This document shows, one piece after another, positions 56,636 to 64,000 of a stretch of 64,000 bases of DNA. The notes beneath the pieces are model-generated. The model was not told where the DNA came from and did no database searches. It was given only the letters and a program-made list of their open reading frames with translations. Origin of the DNA: Patescibacteria group bacterium (GTDB taxonomy: Bacteria; Patescibacteriota; Saccharimonadia; CAILAD01; BJGX01); assembly GCA_030917065.1 (NCBI GenBank), contig JAUPVL010000018.1:2568-66567 (forward strand), given 5' to 3'. How positions within the stretch are numbered: the first letter of the stretch is position 1; each line of letters opens with the position of its first letter. The position numbers and the translations under genes were made by a program.

Positions 56636-57478
56636 TTATTTAAGAGCATCTTTGAAATTATCGTAGCTATGAAGATATTTTTTTAGCAAGTATCCTGCAG
56701 TCAGAGCTCTGTGCAAAAAATCATCGGTTGTTTGAGCTGAGTCAGACAATAGACTCACAAACATTGCGACGTACTCATCTCTCGGATTTTTTGCGAATTG
56801 ATTATCGAAATTAATAACCCCTACTGATTCGACATCACGATGGCTGACGACTATTATCTGATTGTTTTGTGTGTAGACAATATGGCTTTGCTGCAGTCTT
56901 GCAATCGTTGTTAATACATTGCAAGTATTTAAAACGGAGGTGTCCGAGATAGTATTAATCTCTATACCCAGATGCTTTACTAGCTTCTTCATGCCAATTG
57001 AGTCAAATATTAGAATGTCGTCAATTCTATCTTTCAGTATGTCTGGCGATGTTCTGAATAGGGCAAGGCATTCTTGATATATCAGTAGTTTAGACAGTGC
57101 CGATCCAATCATTTTCTCTATCATTAGCTGCATCTTGGAGTTTCCATCAAATCCTAGTCCTATAATTGAATAATTACAATTATTGACCACTTCTATTGCA
57201 TCATCGGTGTTGCTGTAAGCTATACTCTTCTTGTTTTGAGTTGTTAGTAATAACTCAGCCGGAACTCCAAATTTTTTTAGTTCAGGCTCTGCTACTATAC
57301 ATATATCATATTTGAAATCACCTACGATCTGGTGTATCTTGTTGAGCTCACGAAGATTGGTATTTCTACCTGCCACCACTCCTATTTGTCTAGCGTGTAG
57401 TCTACTGATAGGTCTCTCAAAGAGTATCTTTTGGTAGTCAATAGAGTCGTTCTGATGGATTAGCTTCGGGTAGTGCAC
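56636..57478 (-). CDS. hypothetical protein (weak YjeF-C/ribokinase-fold-like features)
   Basis: 280-aa ORF. Vague resemblance to the Nnr/YjeF C-terminal layout but lacks the GTGD motif. Confidence 0.3.
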   Translation of the reverse strand: MHYPKLIHQNDSIDYQKILFERPISRLHARQIGVVAGRNTNLRELNKIHQIVGDFKYDICIVAEPELKKFGVPAELLLTTQNKKSIAYSNTDDAIEVVNNCNYSIIGLGFDGNSKMQLMIEKMIGSALSKLLIYQECLALFRTSPDILKDRIDDILIFDSIGMKKLVKHLGIEINTISDTSVLNTCNVLTTIARLQQSHIVYTQNNQIIVVSHRDVESVGVINFDNQFAKNPRDEYVAMFVSLLSDSAQTTDDFLHRALTAGYLLKKYLHSYDNFKDALK

Positions 57479-57488
57479 AAAAAATCTC

Positions 57489-57887
57489 CTATTGGGTAAT
57501 TTTTGTTGTTATTTCTGCCGGTAATGCGCTTTGCAGTTTTTTGGTGTTTTTCGGCCCTACAACAATTGCCACGGCCTTCAAGTACGCAGATAAGAGGTTT
57601 TCTACTTCTGTATCGTCGGTAAGGTTTTGTTGCAGCCTCAATCTATCCATTAGTATGCTATGTTGATATGTTCTATTTTTACTTTTTAGGCTGGTAAGAA
57701 ACATCTTGCCGCGCACGCTTAGATAGTCTGGTGCAATATAAAAAAACCATCTTCTCGATTTATCATCTAAACACCTGTGAAGAGAATCTGAAATATTGGT
57801 CACTGCTCTCAAAGACTGTTGATTATTTGCTAGATTGGCATACTGCTTGACTAAGGCAACAAAATATTCTGGGACTTGATTATTCAT
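57489..57887 (-). CDS. hypothetical protein
   Basis: 132-aa ORF, 10 nt upstream of the previous ORF. Confidence 0.3.
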   Translation of the reverse strand: MNNQVPEYFVALVKQYANLANNQQSLRAVTNISDSLHRCLDDKSRRWFFYIAPDYLSVRGKMFLTSLKSKNRTYQHSILMDRLRLQQNLTDDTEVENLLSAYLKAVAIVVGPKNTKKLQSALPAEITTKITQ

Positions 57888-57935
57888 AATTGAACAAAGG
57901 ATACCACATTTATATCAAATTGTAAATAAATATGA

Positions 57936-58160
57936 TCAAAGATCGGCTTTGATTGACTTAATAGTATTCTCTGTTTCTTGGAGATATTTTTTGAGTTTAG
58001 TTGCCAGCTCGCTGCCTCTTTTAAACTTTTCTACAGCTTTATCCAGCTCAACATCCGAGCTTTCTAGATAATCGGTTATATCCTCTAGTTCTTTAATAGC
58101 ACTCGCGAAGTCAAAATCCTTCAAATCTTTTCTAGTATTACTTGTTTTTGTCATGTGCAC
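57936..58160 (-). CDS. xseB: exodeoxyribonuclease VII small subunit
   Basis: 74-aa helical protein (FDFASAIKELEDITDYLESSDVELDKAVEKFKRG) immediately after xseA with overlap. Confidence 0.75.
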   Translation of the reverse strand: MHMTKTSNTRKDLKDFDFASAIKELEDITDYLESSDVELDKAVEKFKRGSELATKLKKYLQETENTIKSIKADL

Positions 58161-59343
58161 TCCTTTTTATCATTGTATCAATTATTTTAGCTCTTGCGCT
58201 ACCATCAGCAAATTCAATGTCTAGCTTATCATTTGATTTCAAAGAACTTACCGAATTGATTATATTATTGTTAATCCTCACTATAGAATAGCCTCTTTTT
58301 AGTGCCAGATTGGGATCTAGCAGTTTCAATGATTGCTGGCATCTGTCTAACGAATTTGTATTGTTGGTCATAATGTTGTCAATATTGTTTATGAGTCGTA
58401 TATTCAAAGATTTAAGTCTATCTTTTGCCCTGTTTGAGATAATCTCAAATACCAAACCAAACCTATTGATTGTTGCGTATTTCTCTGACGTCTTAGTGTT
58501 AATAATATGAAAAATATTTTTTATAGCATTATCTATTCTGACAATTTCATCTGATTTGTCTGGAGTAACTACCTGAGCTGCATTAGTAGGTGTAGTTGCT
58601 CGCACGTCTGATGCCAGCTCAGCCAAGCAAACATCGTCTTCGTGCCCTATTGCAACGACAGTAGGTATTTTTGAAGCGCTGATAGACCTTACTAGAGGCT
58701 CAGTATTGAAGGCCTGCAAATCCTCTTGACTTCCACCGCCTCTTATCACGACTACAACGTCGTATTGTTCACTTTTATTGTTGAATTTTTCAATAGCTGA
58801 GACTATCTGCTCAACAGCCATCTCGCCTTGTACTTGTACCTGTATGTGGTCAATGGACAATCCAGACCATCTTTGATTGATAATCGTCACAAAGTCGTTG
58901 TAAGCTGCCGCTTGCTTCGATGTAATAAGTCCAATTCTTTTTGGATATTTTGAGATAGAACGCTTTTTTGATTCTAAGAATAGTCCTTCTTTTTCGAGCT
59001 TGGAATACAATAGTTCAAACGACTTTTTCAATGATCCTTCGCCTACTGGCTCAAATGATTTGATGGTAAGTGAAAATTTACCCCATTTGGTCATTTTGGG
59101 TGTACACCGAACCTTGATGAGCATGCCGTCTTCTAGTGGAGTTTTTAGTTGGTAGATAGACATAAAGCACCCCAGACTACTATCCATGTCTTTTAAGTCA
59201 AAAAATACCCATTTATTTTGATTGATCTTGAAGCTAGACACTTCTCCAGTAATTATTATCTCTGGATACGAGTACTCAAGATTTTGATTTAGTATTTCTA
59301 TAAATTCTGCGACTGTGTAGGTTTGTTCTTGAGGGTCTTGCAT
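58138..59343 (-). CDS. xseA: exodeoxyribonuclease VII large subunit
   Basis: N-terminal OB fold (TVAEFIEILNQNLEYSYPEIIITGEVSSFKI) and catalytic core. Confidence 0.85.
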   Translation of the reverse strand: MQDPQEQTYTVAEFIEILNQNLEYSYPEIIITGEVSSFKINQNKWVFFDLKDMDSSLGCFMSIYQLKTPLEDGMLIKVRCTPKMTKWGKFSLTIKSFEPVGEGSLKKSFELLYSKLEKEGLFLESKKRSISKYPKRIGLITSKQAAAYNDFVTIINQRWSGLSIDHIQVQVQGEMAVEQIVSAIEKFNNKSEQYDVVVVIRGGGSQEDLQAFNTEPLVRSISASKIPTVVAIGHEDDVCLAELASDVRATTPTNAAQVVTPDKSDEIVRIDNAIKNIFHIINTKTSEKYATINRFGLVFEIISNRAKDRLKSLNIRLINNIDNIMTNNTNSLDRCQQSLKLLDPNLALKRGYSIVRINNNIINSVSSLKSNDKLDIEFADGSARAKIIDTMIKRSAHDKNK

Positions 59344-60344
59344 CAGTCTTTTTTATCTAGTAGCGTTCTCTTGTAGAACAACAGTCCTATCGGTATAAAT
59401 AGCCAAAGTGATACTATTCTATAAACTATCGTAACTGCAAAAGCTATATCAAACGGTATATTGAGACCTACAAATGTTGCTACCATACCAGCTTCATATA
59501 CACCGATGCCTGCGGTAACAACCGATACAAGTGACGTGATGAGAGCAATCACATAGCCGGCGATCACTATTCCGGGGTTGATGATTTGACCAAACGCTAG
59601 AAACACAATATATATAGTCATCAAATCAAAAAGTATCATCAGGCTAGTGTATAGAAGCGGCTTGCCTAGCTTATCTCTGTTATCTCGCAAGAATAGCATT
59701 GATTCGTGTAATTTTTCTATGAAATTTTTTATCCTACTTCTACCTAGAATCCTCTTTCGAACTAGGCTCAGTATCTTATTGAGTGGCTTAACGGCGAAAT
59801 AAGCCACATTCTCTACAAATTTTTTGTTAAATACAAACAATATCAACGCTATGCTGATGGTAATAATAATAAACAGCACTAATATGATAAGTCGAGAACT
59901 GACTTTGATCACTTGATTTGATAATAGTAGCAATACAAAACCGAGTAACAAAAACCCAATATAAGCAACAAAGCTCAATATGTACCAGCTCAGTTGAGCC
60001 AATGTGACATTAGCGCTGTCAATATCGTCCTTAAGTACTTTTCTGATGTATGAAAGTCCAGAGATTCCTCCAGATGGAAATACTATATTTACAAAATTCA
60101 TAGTAATACTAGATTCAAATATCAAAGAGAACTTTGTTTTTTGCTTGAATATAGCAAAGAACGACTCAAAATACTTAGCATTGAATCGATAATACAAATA
60201 GCGCACAGGTATCACCAGGAGTAGTACCCACCAGTTAAGTGTTTTAAATAAGTCCTTAAATGACTGAACTTGATTGAACTGATTGTAGGCAAGTACAACA
60301 ATGATTATTAAGGCTATGAAAAATAAAAAATGACGTAGCTTCAT
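59343..60344 (-). CDS. UPF0104 / lysylphosphatidylglycerol-synthase-TM-like (flippase-like) membrane protein
   Basis: About 8 TM helices. Overall topology resembles PF03706. Confidence 0.45.
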   Translation of the reverse strand: MKLRHFLFFIALIIIVVLAYNQFNQVQSFKDLFKTLNWWVLLLVIPVRYLYYRFNAKYFESFFAIFKQKTKFSLIFESSITMNFVNIVFPSGGISGLSYIRKVLKDDIDSANVTLAQLSWYILSFVAYIGFLLLGFVLLLLSNQVIKVSSRLIILVLFIIITISIALILFVFNKKFVENVAYFAVKPLNKILSLVRKRILGRSRIKNFIEKLHESMLFLRDNRDKLGKPLLYTSLMILFDLMTIYIVFLAFGQIINPGIVIAGYVIALITSLVSVVTAGIGVYEAGMVATFVGLNIPFDIAFAVTIVYRIVSLWLFIPIGLLFYKRTLLDKKD

Positions 60345-60415
60345 ACAAATTATCTTTAATTATTATTGTACCTTATTTTGAGGTAAGATTAGGCAAATTC
60401 ATCTATAATATTAGT

Positions 60416-61576
60416 ATGATATGTGCGATAATCGGACGCGAAAAAAACCTAGCCTATGCCGAGCTAGAATCAGTGGTAGGTAGTTTTGATAAGATTAACT
60501 CAGAAAGTGTGGTATTTGAGTATACAAAAGATACTAGCCTAGATATTGATAGGTTTGGAACGGTGATAAAATTAGCCAATCTTCACGGTTATGTAAATAG
60601 CTTTGACGAACTATATGTAGAGTTGGCCCAAGCAATACTTAACACAGCAAGATCAAAAGATTCTAGCAACATAGATTTTGGGATAAGTCTGTATGGCAAA
60701 AACATTTCCTATAAGACTTATAAAAGATTACTTATTAACACAAAAAAAACGCTTGCGAAAAACGGTGTCCGGTCTCGCTTCGTCGAATCTAAGAATAGTA
60801 TCTTAAATTCAGCTCAAATCAAACACAACAAGCTTATTTCGACGGGCATAGAAGTGGTGATTTTGTTCTCTACAGACAAGATTGCTATAGCTATTACGCA
60901 TGGGGTGCAAGACGTAGATTCATACTCCAAGCGTGATTATGGTAGACCATGTAGGGACATGAAGGTTGGCATGTTTCCTCCTAAGCTAGCACAGAGTATG
61001 CTCAATATATCTCAAGCGCAGCAAGATTCGATTATTTATGATCCGTTTTGTGGCAGCGGTATCGTACTACAAGAATCAATGTTGCACGGTCATCAAGTGT
61101 GGGGCTCCGACATATCAGATAGGATGGTACAATGCTCAAACTCAAACATAAAATGGCTACAAGACAACTACCAAACCGCTGACGAGGCCAAGATATTCAT
61201 GGCCGACGCCACCAAAATACGTGATGTACCAGATAGAAGCTACCATATTGTCACCGAGGGGTTTTTAGGTTCTGCTCAGAATAATATACCTAGCCCCAAT
61301 CAAATAGAAGAGCTACGGGCCGAACTCTCGATGCTATATCTAAACTTTCTGAAAAATCTTAAGACAGTAGCTAGAACACCAGAGAGCATCGTACTAACTC
61401 TTCCTTGCTGGAAACAAAAAGAAGGTCTAGAACGCCTAAATATTGTTGACCAAATACAAAAACTGGGTTATACTATTAAACAGTTTCAATCTGTAGAATT
61501 TGATGAGGTTATCTATAAAAGGCCTAATCAAATCGTAGGTAGACAGATTTTGTCAATTAAACCCAAAGGATCATAA
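60416..61576 (+). CDS. RNA methyltransferase, UPF0020/Trm11/RlmL-like (putative m2G methyltransferase)
   Basis: Motif I DPFCGSGIVLQES and a downstream NPP-like catalytic region. Confidence 0.6.
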   Translation: MICAIIGREKNLAYAELESVVGSFDKINSESVVFEYTKDTSLDIDRFGTVIKLANLHGYVNSFDELYVELAQAILNTARSKDSSNIDFGISLYGKNISYKTYKRLLINTKKTLAKNGVRSRFVESKNSILNSAQIKHNKLISTGIEVVILFSTDKIAIAITHGVQDVDSYSKRDYGRPCRDMKVGMFPPKLAQSMLNISQAQQDSIIYDPFCGSGIVLQESMLHGHQVWGSDISDRMVQCSNSNIKWLQDNYQTADEAKIFMADATKIRDVPDRSYHIVTEGFLGSAQNNIPSPNQIEELRAELSMLYLNFLKNLKTVARTPESIVLTLPCWKQKEGLERLNIVDQIQKLGYTIKQFQSVEFDEVIYKRPNQIVGRQILSIKPKGS

Positions 61577-61579
61577 AGC

Positions 61580-61858
61580 ATGTCAAAAACTAAAGCCGGC
61601 GGTTCGTCCAAGAACGGTCGCGATTCACAATCAAAACGCCTAGGAGTAAAGTTGTTTGGTGGTCAGGAAGTAAAACCTGGCGATATTATCGTACGCCAAA
61701 GAGGTACCAAGTTTTATCCAGGTACAGGTGTTTCGACAGGTAAGGACTATACAATCTTTTCTATCACATCAGGTACTGTTAAGTTTTCCACTCTCAAGCG
61801 CACTACGTTTACTGGCTCTAAACACCGCAAGACACTTGTCAGCGTAGTATCTAGCTAA
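61580..61858 (+). CDS. rpmA: 50S ribosomal protein L27
   Basis: [27 protein letters not shown]…[13 protein letters not shown] matches the bL27 signature. Confidence 0.9.
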   Translation: MSKTKAGGSSKNGRDSQSKRLGVKLFGGQEVKPGDIIVRQRGTKFYPGTGVSTGKDYTIFSITSGTVKFSTLKRTTFTGSKHRKTLVSVVSS

Positions 61859-61867
61859 TAACAGCTC

Positions 61868-63538
61868 TTAGACTCTATTTTTGATTTTTGAAGTTAGTCC
61901 AACTTTACTAAGTGATTCTTTTTGGCGCATACTAGCACCAACAAAATCGATAAATAACGGATGTGCTCGGTCTGGTCTAGATTTGAACTCAGGGTGGAAT
62001 TGACTAGCAACAAAAAATGGATGATTTTTCAGCTCTACTATCTCAGTCAACTTAGATTCTGGATTTATGCCACTAAAAACCATTCCTTTGCTACTCAGAG
62101 CATCAAGATATTTATTATTGAATTCATACCGGTGTCTGTGTCGTTCGGATATCTTGGTAGCTCGGTAGGCTAAGTGTGCTCTGCTATTTTTGGTTATTTG
62201 ACATCTGTAATCACCCAGTCGCATAGAGCCACCTAGTTGGACACCGAGCTGTCCGGGCATGATATGAATAACTGGGTTCTTTGTATCTCTATCAAACTCT
62301 GTCGAATTAACGTCATCAGTATTGAGAACATATCGTGCAAACTCAATCACGGCAACCTGCATACCCAAACATAAGCCAAGATATGGGACATTATTCTCAC
62401 GAGCGTATCTAGCTGCCATTATCTTACCCTCGACTCCTCTGTCACCGAAGCCTCCCGGTACGACTATGCCATCTACATCTGATATATCTTGGTCTATGTA
62501 GCTCAAGTTCTCAGCATTGATCCATTTTATTTCAACACCAATGTTGTTGTGCCAGCCAGCTGCCCTGATAGCTTCAAATACACTCATGTAAGTATCCTCG
62601 TGCGACATATATTTTGCAATGACACCTATTGTGATTTTTTTGTCGGCCCTAGAGATGGATTCGACCAAATCCTTCCAGGCATTTAGGTCAGGCTTTTTAT
62701 TGGATAGCTGTAACTTTTTAAGTATATATTCACCAATTCCAGTATCTTCCATCGTAAGAGGTACTTCATAGACCGATTTTGCGGTCTGCAATGCGACGAT
62801 TGCATCTTTGTCTACGTCACAGTACAGACTCATCTTGTTGAGCGCCTCAGCACTTATAGGGTGGTCTGTACGTACAAATAGTACATCTGGTAAAACCCCT
62901 GCCTCTCTTAGGTCTCTTACACTGTTCTGAGCAGGCTTGGTCTTGATCTCCTTACTGGCTTCTAAATATGGCAAAAACACCAAGTGTGCATATAATACGT
63001 TCTCTTGACCTACCTTGTGCTTCATCTGACGAATTGCTTCAATAAATGCCATAGCTTCATAATCACCTACCGTACCTCCAATCTCTACAATATGTATATC
63101 AAATCCCTTACCGGCATCGATTATTCGGCGTTGTATCTCATCGGTGACATGAGGGATTATCTGTACTGTTTTACCCAAGTATTTGCCTTTGCGCTCATTT
63201 TCAATAACACTCGAAAATATCTGACCGGAAATAACAGAGCTAGATCTGTCTAGATCTCTATCGATAAATCTTTCGTAGTGACCGAGATCCAAATCAGTTT
63301 CTGCCCCGTCATGAGTGACAAATACCTCCCCATGCTCAGATGGGTTGAGAGTACCGGCATCAGTATTGAGATAAGGATCGCATTTTTGCATGTTTACTAA
63401 AAAACCTCGAGAGCTTAAAATCTTCCCGAGGCTTGCTGCTGTGATGCCTTTACCGAGTCCTGAAACGACTCCACCAGTCACAAAAATATACTTTGTTTGT
63501 TTGTTTGTTTTACTTTTCATATTTAAAATTCCCCTCAC
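61868..63538 (-). CDS. pyrG: CTP synthase
   Basis: N-terminal KYIFVTGGVVSGLGKGITAASLG and C-terminal GATase domain (GLCLGMQ). Confidence 0.95.
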   Translation of the reverse strand: MRGILNMKSKTNKQTKYIFVTGGVVSGLGKGITAASLGKILSSRGFLVNMQKCDPYLNTDAGTLNPSEHGEVFVTHDGAETDLDLGHYERFIDRDLDRSSSVISGQIFSSVIENERKGKYLGKTVQIIPHVTDEIQRRIIDAGKGFDIHIVEIGGTVGDYEAMAFIEAIRQMKHKVGQENVLYAHLVFLPYLEASKEIKTKPAQNSVRDLREAGVLPDVLFVRTDHPISAEALNKMSLYCDVDKDAIVALQTAKSVYEVPLTMEDTGIGEYILKKLQLSNKKPDLNAWKDLVESISRADKKITIGVIAKYMSHEDTYMSVFEAIRAAGWHNNIGVEIKWINAENLSYIDQDISDVDGIVVPGGFGDRGVEGKIMAARYARENNVPYLGLCLGMQVAVIEFARYVLNTDDVNSTEFDRDTKNPVIHIMPGQLGVQLGGSMRLGDYRCQITKNSRAHLAYRATKISERHRHRYEFNNKYLDALSSKGMVFSGINPESKLTEIVELKNHPFFVASQFHPEFKSRPDRAHPLFIDFVGASMRQKESLSKVGLTSKIKNRV

Positions 63539-63608
63539 TCACTTAATATATATATCATACTGCTTAAGTATATTAATGTGCAATATATTTTATAGATTTA
63601 TATACGTA

Positions 63609-64000
63609 TTATTGAGCTTTTTGAGCTGCTACTTCGAGTGCCTTGGCAAGCTGAGGGTCTAGGTTGGCATTGTAGTCTTCATTGGTAAGTTTGATTTCTA
63701 CATCTGGCTTTATACCATCTTTAGAAATATTGACGTCTTTTGGTGTAAACCAGTGGGCTATAGTTACCTTCAGTGCATCTGAGTTGCATTCTGCTCCAAT
63801 ACTAAAGCCTGAGTCTTTCAAGCATACGATCTCCTGTACACTACCCTTACCAAATGTTTTTTCACCCACCAAGGTTGCTCGGCCATTATCATGCAAAGCA
63901 CCTGCTAGTATCTCACTGGCACTGGCAGACCCTCCGTTTACTAGCATCACTATCGGCACATCGGTAAGAGTGCCTGCACCACTAGCAGAGAAGGTTTTGT
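63609..64000 (-). CDS. carboxyl-terminal processing protease (S41), C-terminal part; gene continues past the window end
   Basis: Core VNGGSASASEILAGAL…GEKTFGKGSVQ of peptidase S41. Reading frame remains open to position 64000. Confidence 0.75.
   Translation of the reverse strand, partial: KTFSASGAGTLTDVPIVMLVNGGSASASEILAGALHDNGRATLVGEKTFGKGSVQEIVCLKDSGFSIGAECNSDALKVTIAHWFTPKDVNISKDGIKPDVEIKLTNEDYNANLDPQLAKALEVAAQKAQ

Noticed and set aside
1-64000. CRISPR arrays, IS elements, integrases, prophage or alternative genetic code
   Set aside because: No regularly spaced direct repeats were seen, and no transposase or integrase-like ORFs. TGA clearly terminates well-conserved genes (for example mraZ), so the standard code applies.

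Overview
Low-GC bacterial chromosomal window, standard genetic code (TGA is used as a stop, e.g. mraZ). Genes are densely packed and short, with many Asn/Ser/Gln/Pro-rich tails. Gene order is monoderm/Firmicute-like: recO-glyQS, scpA-scpB-rluB, dprA-topA, a sortase. Together this fits a reduced-genome, possibly Candidate-Phyla-Radiation (Saccharibacteria-like) organism, but that is inference.

Content from 5' to 3':
- YggU/DUF167, Nudix hydrolase, a DrrAB-like ABC-2 exporter, a DEAD-box helicase, and an RNase-H-like 3'-5' exonuclease.
- An oxidative-stress island: bcp, a methyltransferase, Fe/Mn-SOD, ahpC.
- An orphan receiver, recO, glyQS, an SDR oxidoreductase, and a VIT1/CCC1 metal transporter.
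- A reduced dcw cluster (mraZ-rsmH-ftsL-ftsI-mraY-ftsW-murG-ftsQ) with no mur ligase genes and unusual (CAAAA)n linkers. A clear MraZ operator (4 GTGGG repeats) sits on the mraZ promoter.
- A two-gene minus-strand unit with its own consensus promoter. One gene encodes a chimeric sigma-70 region-4 HTH plus RNAP-delta-like HARE-HTH protein. The other encodes a 900-aa membrane-anchored FtsK/HerA/VirB4-superfamily P-loop ATPase.
- topA-dprA, then an intergenic candidate ~220-nt structured sRNA with a perfect TTGACA-N17-TACAAT promoter and an intrinsic terminator.
- pth, der, a D-Ala-D-Ala carboxypeptidase, rluB-like, scpB, scpA, Asp/Asn-tRNA synthetase, a second orphan receiver, an FNR-like oxidoreductase, and a COG0523 GTPase.
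- Two tandem paralogous polytopic membrane proteins placed divergently to a PAS histidine kinase.
- nrdAB with tandem NrdR boxes, a methyltransferase, gltX, and a zinc-ribbon/TM anti-sigma-like protein.
- A surface glycan cluster (WecG/TagA GT, GT4, Wzy/O-antigen-ligase-like), then mreB, a PEGA protein, a sortase, tRNA-Leu(CAA), xseAB, a UPF0104 membrane protein, an RNA methyltransferase, rpmA, pyrG, and a partial ctpA.

No CRISPR array, transposase or integrase was seen.
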